Below are positions 45,747 to 55,501 of a DNA stretch of 64,000 nt, one piece after another. Within the stretch, counting starts at the first letter, position 1; the number at the start of each line of letters is the position of its first letter. Source of the stretch: an uncultured Acidobacteriota bacterium (GTDB lineage Bacteria; Acidobacteriota; Thermoanaerobaculia; Multivoradales; UBA5704); NCBI GenBank assembly GCA_963700145.1, contig OY969474.1, positions 128,001 to 192,000 of the forward strand, read 5' to 3'. The notes under the pieces were generated by a model. The model was not told the DNA's origin, did not search any database, and saw only the letters and a list, made by a program, of their open reading frames with translations. Position numbers and translations under genes: made by a program.

Positions 45747-48353
45747 ATGGCCGACGGCAGGACCTCTCGATTCGTCGCCCTTCCACTCGCGGCGCTGCTC
45801 GCGCTGGCGGCGGCCCCCGCCGCGGCCGGCGACGACGCGACCGACCTGGCGCGTGTGTCGCGCGACGGCGCGGAGCGCGAGCTGCCGGCCGCCTATCGCG
45901 CCTGGCTCGAAGAGGTCGAAGCGCTGATCACGGCACGCGAGCGCGCCGCCTTCCTCGACCTCGGCGGCGAGGTCGAGCGCCAGGCCTTCGTCCGCCGCTT
46001 CTGGCAGGTGCGCGACCCGCACGGCGCGACGGCCGCCAACGAGCTCGAGCAGCGCTGGACGAGGCGCGTGCCCGAAGCGCGCCGGCGGTGGGGGACGCTC
46101 GCCGACGAGCGCGCGCGGGTCTTCCTCCTCCAGGGCGAGCCGAGCGCGCGCTTCGAGTCGACCTGCCGGGGCGTCGAGACGCCGCGCTTCGAGATCTGGA
46201 TCTACGAGCCCGGCTTCCAGGTCCGCTACCGCACCGCCTTCCTCTTCGCCACGCCGGCGGCCGCTCCCGCCCGGCTCTGGCGGCCGGGCGGTGCCGTCGC
46301 CGGGCCGCCGGCCGACGCCGCGACCGCCTGCGGCGAGGGCCCGCGGCTGGCCGAGGAGGCGCGCTGGATCCGTCTGCTGGGGGCCGAGAACTACGGCGCG
46401 GTGCTCGAGCGGGCGCTCACCGGCCCACGGCCGCAGCCGGCCGACTGGGTGGCGACGTTCGTCCCCTTCAGCACCGACGTGCCCGCCGGCGCGCCGCGGC
46501 TGGAGGCCGAGCTGGGGGTCGATTTCCCCGCCCACGTGGAAGGCAAGACGGTGCTGCGCGGGCTGCTGGTCCTCAACGCGCTGGCGCCGGGGGATCGCGA
46601 GCTGCTGCTGACCGGCGAGGTGCTGCGCGGCACCGAGCCGCTCGACGCCTTCCGCTACCGCTTCGTGGTGCAGGCCGGCGTCGCGCGCGACGAGCCGGTG
46701 CCGCTCGCCTTCGAGCGCTTCGTGCCGGGCGGTCCTTGCCGGGTGGTGGTGCGGCTGGAGGACCTGGAGGCCGGCGCCTACTTCCGCGACGAGCAGGAGG
46801 TCGAGGTGCCGGGGCCCGGTGCGGCGGGGCCGATGCGGCAGGAGGAGATCGAGACGCCGGTCCAGGTGGCCGCCGGCGCGGTCGCGGCGCCGGGAACGGT
46901 CGCACTGGCGGCGAACGCCGCCCCTCACGGCGAGTCCGCCCGCCCCTCGCCGGTCGCGGCGCAGCTCGCCCGGCTCTACGACGAGGTCGCGGATGGCCCC
47001 GGCGCCGGCAGCCCGACCGTGCGGCTCCAGGTGCCCGCCGGCCTCCTCTCCGGACCGGTGCGGATCGCGGCCCGGGTCGACGGCGGGCCGGTCGAGCGTG
47101 TCGATTTCCTCCTCGACGGCCGTCTCGTGGTGAGCCGCACGCGGGCACCCTATGAGGTGCGCCTCGACCTCGGGCCGGTGCCGCGGCCGCAGCGGCTGGG
47201 GGCTGAGGCAGTGGCGGCGGGGGGCGATGTCGTGGCGCGCGACGAGGTCGTCCTCAACGACGGCGGCCAGCGCTTCCGGGTGCGCCTCGTCGAGCCGCGC
47301 GGCGGCCGCACGGCCGGGCGCAGCCTGCACGCCCGCGCCGAGGTCGAGCCGCCGGCGGGACGCAGCGTCGAGCGGGTGGAGTTCTACCTCGACGAGACCC
47401 GCGTCGCGACCCTCTACCAGCCGCCGTACCGGCAGCCGATCGCCCTGCCGCGCGCCGGCGCCACCACCTACGTGCGCGCCGTCGCTCACCTCGCCGACGG
47501 CAGCGCCGCCGAGGACCTGGTGATGCTCAACCTGCCCGAGCGCGGCGTCGGCGAAGCGATCGACGTCCGCATGGTGGAGCTCTACGCGACGGTGACCGAC
47601 CGCGCCGGGCATCCGGTCGAGGGGGTGGAGCCGGAGCGCTTCCGGGTCGTCGAAGACGGCGTCCGCCAGAGCCTGCGGCGCGTCGAGCGGGTGGCCGACA
47701 CGCCGATCCGGGCGGCGGTCCTGATCGACAACTCCGGCTCGATGCGCCGGCACATGCCGGCGGTGCGCGCCGCTGCGCTCCAGTTCCTGCGCCAGACGTT
47801 GCGTCCGCAGGACGAGGCGGCGGTCATCACCTTCAACCGCGCGCCGCGGGTGGCGGTGGGGCTCACCTCCGACCTGGCGACGCTGGCCGAGGGGCTGACC
47901 GGCCTGGTGGCCGAGGACCGCACCGCCCTCTACGACAGCCTGGTCTACACCCTCCACTACCTGGCGGGCGCCAAGGGGCAGCGGACGGTGCTGCTGCTCT
48001 CCGACGGCCTGGACAAGGGGAGCCGCTTCCGCTTCGAGCAGGCGCTCGAGAGCGCCCGCCGCGCCGGGATCGCCATCTACGCCGTCGGCCTCGACCTGGC
48101 GCCCGCCGAGGCGGCGGCCGCGAAGGAGACGCTGTCGCGCCTCGCCGCCGAGACCGGCGGCCGCAGCTTCTTCATTGCCGGCACCGAGGCGCTGCCGGGG
48201 GTCTACCGCGAGATCGAGCGCGAGCTGCGCGCCCAGTACCGCATCGCCTACCAGTCCAGCAACGGCAGCGTCGAGGACCGCTTCCGCCTGGTGCAGGTCC
48301 AGGTCGGCGGCCCCGGCCTCGAAGCGCGGACGATCAGCGGCTACTACCCGTAG
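45747..48353 (+). CDS. Secreted GWxTD-like + Ig + VWA domain protein (acidobacterial type)
   Basis: YRAWLEEV..LIT..ER..F..FW..RDP N-domain; MIDAS DNSGSM, TALYD, LLSDG, ETGG, QYRIAY. Confidence 0.85.
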   Translation: MADGRTSRFVALPLAALLALAAAPAAAGDDATDLARVSRDGAERELPAAYRAWLEEVEALITARERAAFLDLGGEVERQAFVRRFWQVRDPHGATAANELEQRWTRRVPEARRRWGTLADERARVFLLQGEPSARFESTCRGVETPRFEIWIYEPGFQVRYRTAFLFATPAAAPARLWRPGGAVAGPPADAATACGEGPRLAEEARWIRLLGAENYGAVLERALTGPRPQPADWVATFVPFSTDVPAGAPRLEAELGVDFPAHVEGKTVLRGLLVLNALAPGDRELLLTGEVLRGTEPLDAFRYRFVVQAGVARDEPVPLAFERFVPGGPCRVVVRLEDLEAGAYFRDEQEVEVPGPGAAGPMRQEEIETPVQVAAGAVAAPGTVALAANAAPHGESARPSPVAAQLARLYDEVADGPGAGSPTVRLQVPAGLLSGPVRIAARVDGGPVERVDFLLDGRLVVSRTRAPYEVRLDLGPVPRPQRLGAEAVAAGGDVVARDEVVLNDGGQRFRVRLVEPRGGRTAGRSLHARAEVEPPAGRSVERVEFYLDETRVATLYQPPYRQPIALPRAGATTYVRAVAHLADGSAAEDLVMLNLPERGVGEAIDVRMVELYATVTDRAGHPVEGVEPERFRVVEDGVRQSLRRVERVADTPIRAAVLIDNSGSMRRHMPAVRAAALQFLRQTLRPQDEAAVITFNRAPRVAVGLTSDLATLAEGLTGLVAEDRTALYDSLVYTLHYLAGAKGQRTVLLLSDGLDKGSRFRFEQALESARRAGIAIYAVGLDLAPAEAAAAKETLSRLAAETGGRSFFIAGTEALPGVYREIERELRAQYRIAYQSSNGSVEDRFRLVQVQVGGPGLEARTISGYYP

Positions 48354-48359
48354 CCCGCC

Positions 48360-48764
48360 TCACCCGACGTGCACGACGAGCCGCCGGGGGCCGCTCCGGC
48401 GGCGGTGCTCCCAGAGATAGATCCCCTGCCAGGTGCCGAGGGCGAGCTCGCCGGCGAGGACCGGGATCGAGAGAGAGGAAGAGGTCAGCGCGGCGCGGAT
48501 GTGCGAGGGCATGTCGTCGGGGCCTTCGGCGGTGTGGGTGTAGAGCGGGTCGTCCTCGGGCACGAGGCGCGCGAGCCAGCTCTCGAGGTCGCGCTTCGCC
48601 GACGGATCGGCGTTCTCCTGGATCGTCAGGCTGGCCGAGGTGTGCTGGAGGAAGACGGTGCAGAGCCCCTCCTCGACGCCGCTCTCCCGCACCAGCTCCG
48701 CGATCTCGCGGGTGATCTCGTGCAGCCCCGGGCCGCGCACCTCGATCGCCAGTTTCTTGACCAT
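48360..48764 (-). CDS. YjbQ/UPF0047 family protein
   Basis: HTSASLTIQENADP, EGPDDMPSHIR, LGTWQGIYLWEHR. Confidence 0.93.
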   Translation of the reverse strand: MVKKLAIEVRGPGLHEITREIAELVRESGVEEGLCTVFLQHTSASLTIQENADPSAKRDLESWLARLVPEDDPLYTHTAEGPDDMPSHIRAALTSSSLSIPVLAGELALGTWQGIYLWEHRRRSGPRRLVVHVG

Positions 48765-48776
48765 GAGCCGCGCATC

Positions 48777-50255
48777 TTATTCTTCGAGAGGGGGCTCGCG
48801 GTGGGCGTGCGACTGGGCGCTGCCGGCGGGGAAGGTGAAGGCCACCACGAACAGGAGCCCGGCGATCACCGCCATCGCCAGGTAGATCGCCTGCAGCCCG
48901 CCGAGCAGGGCACCGCTCGTCGCGGCGAGGACCGGCGGCGCCAGCGCCGCCCGCCGCGCCGGCTGGAGCAGCGCCTCGACCTGCTCAGCTACACCCGCGT
49001 TCTCAAGACGCACTTGCATCAGCATCCCCAGCGCCGCCACCGCCACCGCGCCCCCGATCAGGCGGAAGAACTGCGTCGAGCTGGTCGCCACCCCGCGCCG
49101 CGTCCAGGGCACCGCGCTCTGCACGCCGACGAAGTAGGGAATCGACTGAAACCCCATCCCCAGGCCGATCGTCAGCATGATCGCCGCGATCCAGAGCCGC
49201 GGCGTCTCGGCGTCGATGCCGGCGAGCGCGGCGCAGGCGGCGAGCACCAGCGCCGCGCCGGCGAGGACCAGCGGACGGTAGGAGAGGCGGAGGAGGAGCC
49301 GTCCCGAGATCGTCGAGGCGATCGGCCAGCCGATGAGCACCGGCGTCAGGATGGTGCCGGCGTCCACCGCGGTGCCGCCGAGGACGCCCTGGGCGAAGAG
49401 CGGCACGTAGGCGGTCAACGACAGCAGCAGGGCGCCGATCAGGACGTTGCCGACGCTCGCCACCGCGATCAGCCGGATCTTGAACAGCTCGAGCGGCAGC
49501 ATCGGCTCGGGCGCGCGTCGCTCCTGGCGCAGGAAGAGCAGCAGCCCGGCCCCGGCGGCGGCGACGAAGGCGAAGGTGCGCGGATCGACGAGGCCCCAGA
49601 GGGTCACCCCTTCGGTCAGCGCGAAGAGGAGCGAGGTGATCGCCAGCGTCAGGATCCCCGTCCCCAGGAGGTCGAGCGGGTGCTCGCGGCGCGGTGGCTC
49701 CTCCTCGAGGTAGCGGGCAAGGATCCAGGCCGAGGCGAGGCCGAAGGGCACGTTGACGAAGAAGATCCAGCGCCAGGAAAGGGCGTCGGTGATGAGGCCG
49801 CCCAGGAGCGGGCCGGCGAGGCTGGCGAGCGCCCAGACGCCGGAGAACAGGCCCTGCACGCGGCCGCGCTCCTCCAGCGTGTAGACGTCGCCGATGACGG
49901 TGGCGGCGACCGGCGTGACGCCGCCGGCGCCCAGCCCCTGGATGGCGCGGAAGAGGACGAGCTGCGTGAAGGAGCCGGCGATGCCGCAGAGCATCGAGCC
50001 CACCAGGAAGAGGGCCATCGACGCCTGGTAGACCGGCCGCCGGCCGTAGAGGTCGGCGAGCTTGCCGTAGAGCGGCACGACGATCGTCGAAGCCAGCAGG
50101 TAGGCCGAGAAGACCCAGCTGTAGCGGCCGACGCCGCCGAGCTCGCCGACCGCCGTCGGCACCGCCGCGGCGACGGCGGTCGCCTCCAGCGCCGAGAGGA
50201 ACATCCCGAGCATCAGCGCGGAGGTGACGAGCCGGCGCGGGCGACCGGGCAGCAT
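48777..50255 (-). CDS. MFS drug-resistance-type transporter (14 TM)
   Basis: GKLADLYGRRP, RAIQGLGAGG, WRWIFFVNVP. Confidence 0.93.
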   Translation of the reverse strand: MLPGRPRRLVTSALMLGMFLSALEATAVAAAVPTAVGELGGVGRYSWVFSAYLLASTIVVPLYGKLADLYGRRPVYQASMALFLVGSMLCGIAGSFTQLVLFRAIQGLGAGGVTPVAATVIGDVYTLEERGRVQGLFSGVWALASLAGPLLGGLITDALSWRWIFFVNVPFGLASAWILARYLEEEPPRREHPLDLLGTGILTLAITSLLFALTEGVTLWGLVDPRTFAFVAAAGAGLLLFLRQERRAPEPMLPLELFKIRLIAVASVGNVLIGALLLSLTAYVPLFAQGVLGGTAVDAGTILTPVLIGWPIASTISGRLLLRLSYRPLVLAGAALVLAACAALAGIDAETPRLWIAAIMLTIGLGMGFQSIPYFVGVQSAVPWTRRGVATSSTQFFRLIGGAVAVAALGMLMQVRLENAGVAEQVEALLQPARRAALAPPVLAATSGALLGGLQAIYLAMAVIAGLLFVVAFTFPAGSAQSHAHREPPLEE

Positions 50256-50346
50256 GGCGCGCGATCCTACCGTGCGAAGACGCCGGGAACGCTGGTTGCA
50301 TTACCGCCCCGGCGGAGTCACAGAAGTACGCGGAGCACATGAATTT

Positions 50347-52038
50347 ATGGCCCTCTCGCTGCGGCCGGAGCACCTGAAGCGCTACAAGGACGTCGCCGCC
50401 CTGCTGGTCAAGCACGGGCGGGGCGACCTCGCCACCTTCATGGCCGCCGCCGACCTCGAGCTGGCCGACGAGGGGCCGGCCGGTGCCACGACCGACTGCG
50501 GGCCCGAGCAGCTCGCCCGCGATCTGGAGGCGCTCGGCCCGTCGTTCATCAAGCTGGGGCAGCTCCTCTCGACCCGCTCCGACCTCCTGCCGCCCGCCTA
50601 CCTCGAAGCGCTCGCCCGCCTCCAGGACCGCGTCGAGCCGTTCTCCTTCGCCGAGGTCGAGGAGATCGTCACGCAGGAGCTGGGCGTCCGCATGTCGAAG
50701 GCCTTCGCCGAGTTCGAGTCGGTGCCCGACGCCGCCGCCTCGCTCGGCCAGGTGCACCGCGCGCGGCTGCGCGACGGGCGCGAGGTGGCGGTCAAGGTGC
50801 AGCGTCCGGGGATCCGCAAGGTGATCCTCGAGGACCTCGAAGCCTTCGCCGAGATCGCCGGCTTCCTCGACAAGCACACCGACGCCGGGCGGCGCTACGC
50901 CTTCCAGGACATGCTCGACCAGTTCCGCAAGAGCCTCTTGCGCGAGCTCGACTACCGGCGCGAGGCACTCAACCTGAAGACCCTGGGGAAGAACCTCGAA
51001 GACTACCCGCGGCTCGTGGTGCCGCAGCCGGTCGACGACTACACCACCTCGCGTGTCTTGACGATGGACTACGTGCGCGGCACGAAGGTCACAGAGCTCT
51101 CGCCGCTCGCCCGGCAGGAGCCGGACTTCGACGGCCGGGCGCTCGCCGAGGACCTCTGCCGCGCCTACCTCGACCAGATCCTGGTGGACGGCTTCTTCCA
51201 CGCCGACCCGCACCCCGGCAACGTCATGGTCACCGAGGACCACCGGCTGGCGCTGATCGACCTCGGCATGGTGTCGCGCATCGAGCCGCGGACTCAGGAG
51301 CAGCTGCTGAAGCTGGTCCTGGCGGTGTCCGACGGCCGCGGCCACGACGCGGCGCGCATCGCCATGCAGATCGGCACCATCCTCGACGACTTCGACGAGG
51401 ACCGCTACCTGCGCAACGTCGGCGAGGTGGTGGCCGGCTACCAGGACCTGGGGCCGCAGCGGGCGAACGTGGGGCGGACGGTGCTCGGGCTGTCGCGCCA
51501 GGCGGCCGAGAACGGGGTGCGGCCGGCACCGGAGCTGACGCTGCTGGGCAAGGCGTTGCTCCATCTCGACGAGGTGGCGCGGACGCTGGAGCCGAAGCTC
51601 GATCCCAACGAGATCGTGCGCCGCTACAGCGACACGCTGCTGCGCAAACAGATGCTGCGGCAGCTGTCGCCGGCGGCGATCTTCTCCTCGGCGCTCGAGA
51701 TGCAGGAGCTGGTGCGGCAGCTGCCGCAGCGGGTCAACGCGCTGCTCGACAACCTGGCGCACAACCGCGTGTCGGTCAAGGTGGACGCCTTCGACGAGTC
51801 CCGCCTGATGGACAACCTGCAGAAGATCGCCAACCGCATCGCCCTCGGGCTGGTGCTGGCGGCGCTGATCGTCGGCGCGGCGCTGATGATGCAGGTGCGC
51901 ACCCGCTTCACCCTCTTCGGCTACCCGGGTCTCGCCATCCTCCTCTTCCTCCTCGCCGCCGCCTGCGGCTTCGGGCTCGCGCTCACCATCTTCCTCAACG
52001 ACGACTGGCGCGTCTGGCGCAACCGTCGGTCGCGCTAG
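50347..52038 (+). CDS. ABC1/UbiB (AarF) family atypical kinase
   Basis: LGPSFIKLGQ, AASLGQVH, VAVKVQRP, FHADPHPGN, IDLG. Confidence 0.93.
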   Translation: MALSLRPEHLKRYKDVAALLVKHGRGDLATFMAAADLELADEGPAGATTDCGPEQLARDLEALGPSFIKLGQLLSTRSDLLPPAYLEALARLQDRVEPFSFAEVEEIVTQELGVRMSKAFAEFESVPDAAASLGQVHRARLRDGREVAVKVQRPGIRKVILEDLEAFAEIAGFLDKHTDAGRRYAFQDMLDQFRKSLLRELDYRREALNLKTLGKNLEDYPRLVVPQPVDDYTTSRVLTMDYVRGTKVTELSPLARQEPDFDGRALAEDLCRAYLDQILVDGFFHADPHPGNVMVTEDHRLALIDLGMVSRIEPRTQEQLLKLVLAVSDGRGHDAARIAMQIGTILDDFDEDRYLRNVGEVVAGYQDLGPQRANVGRTVLGLSRQAAENGVRPAPELTLLGKALLHLDEVARTLEPKLDPNEIVRRYSDTLLRKQMLRQLSPAAIFSSALEMQELVRQLPQRVNALLDNLAHNRVSVKVDAFDESRLMDNLQKIANRIALGLVLAALIVGAALMMQVRTRFTLFGYPGLAILLFLLAAACGFGLALTIFLNDDWRVWRNRRSR

Positions 52039-52045
52039 CCCCCGC

Positions 52046-52257
52046 CCACCGCGCTGCGGCGGCCGTTCCGGTGTGGGGTCCCGCAGGCTCTCCTCCGCGC
52101 CGGGCGCTCCTTGGTGTCCGCGCTGCGCGTGCTGGTACAGAGGGGCGTTGCCGGCAAACACGGTGATGGCTCCGGCGCCTCGCACGGTGGACTGCGAGGG
52201 GGAGCGGACGGAGCGCCCGGCGCTCCAGAGACCTGCGGGCCCTAGAACCGGCGGTGG
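52046..52257. other. Long imperfect stem-loop 1 (candidate structured RNA or MITE-like element)
   Basis: Perfect 14-bp pair 52097-52110/52210-52223 plus nested co-linear stems. Confidence 0.55.
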
Positions 52258-52280
52258 AGCCCCTGCTCATGTTGGCCCCT

Positions 52281-52387
52281 TTGTCATCCCGAGCGTGAGC
52301 GAGGGATCTGGGGGCAGGGTGGCGCGAAGACTCACCGGCATCGCGCCGCCCCCCGCCCAGATCCTTCGCTCACGCTCAGGATGACAA
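52281..52387. repeat. REP-like family 1, full inverted pair
   Basis: ttgtcatcccgagcgtgagcgagggatctggg...cccagatccttcgctcacgctcaggatgacaa. Confidence 0.9.
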
Positions 52388-52439
52388 GGAGAGTTCCCTC
52401 TCCTCAGATGGACGTCACTTCAGAGTGTCGAGTCATGGC

Positions 52440-52611
52440 GCCGCGTGATGTGCCGGGCCAGAGGCCCGCGAAGCGGTGCGTTCCGGTGAGGGGGCCACCG
52501 TGCGCTAGCGGCGAAGCCGGCGCCCGCTAACCAGCCACCCACTTTCCCAACCAGGACCCGCGCAGCGGGCGCGCCTCTTCGCGGGCCGGTTGGCCCGGCA
52601 TCTCACGCGGC
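52440..52611. other. Long imperfect stem-loop 2 (candidate structured RNA)
   Basis: Three consecutive perfect stems of 9, 10 and 11 bp closing a multibranched top. Confidence 0.55.
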
Positions 52612-52640
52612 ACTATCCGTCCCGCGCGGAACAGTCCGCC

Positions 52641-52649
52641 TGCTACAAT
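52641..52649 (+). promoter_or_regulatory. Extended -10 promoter element
   Basis: TGCTACAAT upstream of the GNAT gene. Confidence 0.6.
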
Positions 52650-52694
52650 CCGCCCGGCCTCGCCGCCCCGGGTGGGGCCGCTCCCGAGGCCTGA

Positions 52695-53171
52695 ATGACC
52701 GAGACCCCGTCGGCGACTCCGATCCGCATCCGTCCGCTCGACGAGCTGGACATCGGCGCCATCGTCGGCATCGACGAGCGGATCGGCGGGCGCTACCGGC
52801 CGGAAGTCTGGGAGCGGCGGATCGGTTACTACATCCGGCGGGACCCCGAGGCCTCGCAGGTGGCCGAGGCGGAGGGCAAGGTGGTCGGCTTCATGCTCGG
52901 CGAGGTGCGGTCGGGGGAGTTCGGGCTTGAAGAGCCGACCGGCTGGATCGAGGTCCTGGGGGTCGATCCCGCCTATCGCAGCCAAGCGATCGGCCGCCGG
53001 CTCGCCGAGGCGATCCTGGGGCACTTCCGCAAGCAGGGGGCGACCACCGTGCGCACCCTGGTGGACGAGGGGATGGAAGAGATCGCCCGCTTCTTCGCCT
53101 CGCTGGGCTTCGAGCCGGCGCCCCTTCGCCCCTTCGTCAAGCACCTGGAGTCGTGGAGATCTGAGCGATGA
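52695..53171 (+). CDS. GNAT family acetyltransferase
   Basis: VVGFMLGEVRSGEFG, LGVDPAYRSQAIGRRL, FFASLGF. Confidence 0.88.
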   Translation: MTETPSATPIRIRPLDELDIGAIVGIDERIGGRYRPEVWERRIGYYIRRDPEASQVAEAEGKVVGFMLGEVRSGEFGLEEPTGWIEVLGVDPAYRSQAIGRRLAEAILGHFRKQGATTVRTLVDEGMEEIARFFASLGFEPAPLRPFVKHLESWRSER

Positions 53172-54499
53172 GCGTCCGCACCGCGAGCCTGCCCAAGACC
53201 TTCCACGACGCCGTCGTGCGCTGGCAAGAGACCTACCTGCCCGACTACGACTTGCTGCTCGAGAACTGGGACCGCTTCTTCCCCAACGAGCCCCGCTTCG
53301 AGCTCTGCGCCTTCCGCGAGCTCGGCATGTGCAGCGAGGTCGAGTGCGGCGACATGAAAGGGCAGCCGAAGCCGACGCGCGCCGCCGATTTGCTTCCGGA
53401 GCAGGCCCACCACCTCTTCGGCGCCATCCGCGCCCAGGCCTCGACCGAGTTCGGCTCCATCCAGCAGCACCGGCTGACCCTGGCCCGCGCGCAGGAGGAG
53501 GAGGAGCAGTTCTGGATCCTGCGCATGATGGCCGAGGAGCTGCGCCACGGCTACCAGATGCTCCACCTCCTCGTCGAAGACGACTGGAGCTCGGTCACCG
53601 AGGAGTCGCGCGCCGACGTCGTCGAGGGGATCCTGGCGATGACCACCGGCTCGCACATCCTCGGCGCCTTCAACATCGACTTCGACTCCTTCGTCGACAG
53701 CGTCGTCTTCTGCGCCCTGATCGACCGGGTGGGGAAGTACCAGCTCGCGATGCAGCGCATCAGCGCCTACAAGCCGATGGCCGAGAGCATGCCGCAGATG
53801 CTGCGCGAGGAGGCCTTCCACCTCGCCGCCGGCGTCGTGCCGATGCGCCGCTGGGTGACCAAGGCGGCCAAGGGCGAGGTCTACATCACGATGGAGGCGC
53901 TGCAGAAGGCGGTCAACAAGTGGCTGCCGCGCGCCCTCGAGATGTTCGGCGACGAGCGCGGCGGCGGCACCAACGTGCGCTACGGCTTGAAGCCGATGAA
54001 GAACGCCGAGGCGCAGCGGCAGTACTACGAGGAGGTCGAGAAGCTCCTCCGCGACCTCAACATGCGCTACGTGCGGGCGCGGGTCGAGAAGCTTTCGCTA
54101 GTCGAGGCCGAGCGGCTCCTCGACCGCATCGTCGAGAGCGGCGAGGCCGTGGACGGCGTCGGCCCCGAGGAGCTGCTGCGCCTGCCGCACGCGGACTTCT
54201 TCCGCCGCCGCGGCGTCCCCGCCTTCCAGATGGTCGGCTGGGCAGGCGAGCGCTTCACCGACGTCGCCGAGTACGCCCGCCACCTGCGCGCCCACCTGCC
54301 GGAGTCCTACTTGGCCGGGGTGGACTTCAAGGACTACTTCGACGCCTTGACCAAGATCGCGCAGGGCGAGCTGACCGTCGACCAGGCTACCCGCCAGACC
54401 CCCGAGCTGCGGCGCGTCGCCGGCGCCTGCCCCTGCTCGAAGGGGGTGCGCTGGGTGATCGAGGAGCCCGCCGCCGAGCCGGCGGCCGCCCCGGCGTAG
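53168..54499 (+). CDS. BoxB/PaaA-like ferritin-fold diiron protein (aryl-CoA epoxidase family)
   Basis: EELRH and EEAFH diiron motifs, ILGAFN, DRVGKYQL. Confidence 0.8.
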   Translation: MSVRTASLPKTFHDAVVRWQETYLPDYDLLLENWDRFFPNEPRFELCAFRELGMCSEVECGDMKGQPKPTRAADLLPEQAHHLFGAIRAQASTEFGSIQQHRLTLARAQEEEEQFWILRMMAEELRHGYQMLHLLVEDDWSSVTEESRADVVEGILAMTTGSHILGAFNIDFDSFVDSVVFCALIDRVGKYQLAMQRISAYKPMAESMPQMLREEAFHLAAGVVPMRRWVTKAAKGEVYITMEALQKAVNKWLPRALEMFGDERGGGTNVRYGLKPMKNAEAQRQYYEEVEKLLRDLNMRYVRARVEKLSLVEAERLLDRIVESGEAVDGVGPEELLRLPHADFFRRRGVPAFQMVGWAGERFTDVAEYARHLRAHLPESYLAGVDFKDYFDALTKIAQGELTVDQATRQTPELRRVAGACPCSKGVRWVIEEPAAEPAAAPA

Positions 54500-54520
54500 C
54501 CCCGCGCGCTCCAGCCCGCG

Positions 54521-55426
54521 ATGAGCTTCTTCAACCGCCTCCTGGTCGGGACCTTGCCTCTGGTCCCCAAGGCCGTGGTGCGCAAGGTCGCCTCGCGCTA
54601 CGTCGCCGGCGAGACGCTGGAAGACGCCCTGCGCGTCGTCCGCGACTTGAACGGCCAGGGCGCGATGGCGACGATCGACCTCCTCGGCGAGGAGGTTGCG
54701 GAGCGGGAGAAGGCCCTCGCCGCGGTCGAGGAGTACCGGCGCGTCTTCGCCGCCATCGAGCGCGAGGGGCTCGACTCCAACGTCTCGATCAAGCTCACCT
54801 TGCTCGGGCTCAAGATCGACGAGGCCTTCTGCCGCGACAACGTGGCGACGATCGCCGAGGCCGCCCGCGACTGCGGCGGCAACTTCGTGCGCATCGACAT
54901 GGAGGACTCGAGCTGCACCGATGCCACGCTGCGCATCTACCGCGACCTCCACGACCGCTACGGTAACCTCGGCGTCGTCCTCCAGGCCTACATGCGCCGC
55001 ACCTTGACGGACATCGAGGAGCTGCCGGCGGACGGCGCCTCCGTCCGGCTGTGCAAGGGGATCTACGTCGAGCCGCGCGAGATCGCCTGGAAGGGCTACG
55101 AGACCGTGCGCCACAACTTCGTCCAGGCGCTCGAGAAGCTGATCGCGCGCGGCGTCTATCCGGCGGTCGCCACCCACGACGAGTTCCTGACCTGCGCCGC
55201 CGCCGCCCTCGTCGACCGCCACGGCCTGCCGCGCGAGGGCTACGAGTTCCAGATGCTCCTGGGGGTCGACGAGCAGCTCCGCCGCATCCTCATCGCCGGC
55301 GGCCACCGGCTGCGGGTCTACGTCCCCTACGGCCGCGACTGGCACCCGTACTCCATGCGCCGCCTGCGCGAGAACCCGGAGGTCGCCCGGCACGTGCTGC
55401 GGGCCTTCCTGCGCGGGGGCTCCTGA
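54521..55426 (+). CDS. Monofunctional proline dehydrogenase
   Basis: YVAGE, SIKLT, VRIDMED, QAYMRR, RLCKGIY, ATHD, EFQMLLG, YVPYG, RRLRENP. Confidence 0.93.
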   Translation: MSFFNRLLVGTLPLVPKAVVRKVASRYVAGETLEDALRVVRDLNGQGAMATIDLLGEEVAEREKALAAVEEYRRVFAAIEREGLDSNVSIKLTLLGLKIDEAFCRDNVATIAEAARDCGGNFVRIDMEDSSCTDATLRIYRDLHDRYGNLGVVLQAYMRRTLTDIEELPADGASVRLCKGIYVEPREIAWKGYETVRHNFVQALEKLIARGVYPAVATHDEFLTCAAAALVDRHGLPREGYEFQMLLGVDEQLRRILIAGGHRLRVYVPYGRDWHPYSMRRLRENPEVARHVLRAFLRGGS

Positions 55427-55501
55427 GCCGCGTCAGGCCGCCGGCAAGCCGGCCCCGGCCGGTCCGTGTACAATCCGCCTAACTTTCGCAGCACCAGGAC
55501 G

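Noticed and set aside
52440-52611. 6S RNA, SRP RNA or riboswitch assignment
   Set aside because: Size fits 6S but no diagnostic conserved motifs were recognised; left as an unassigned structure
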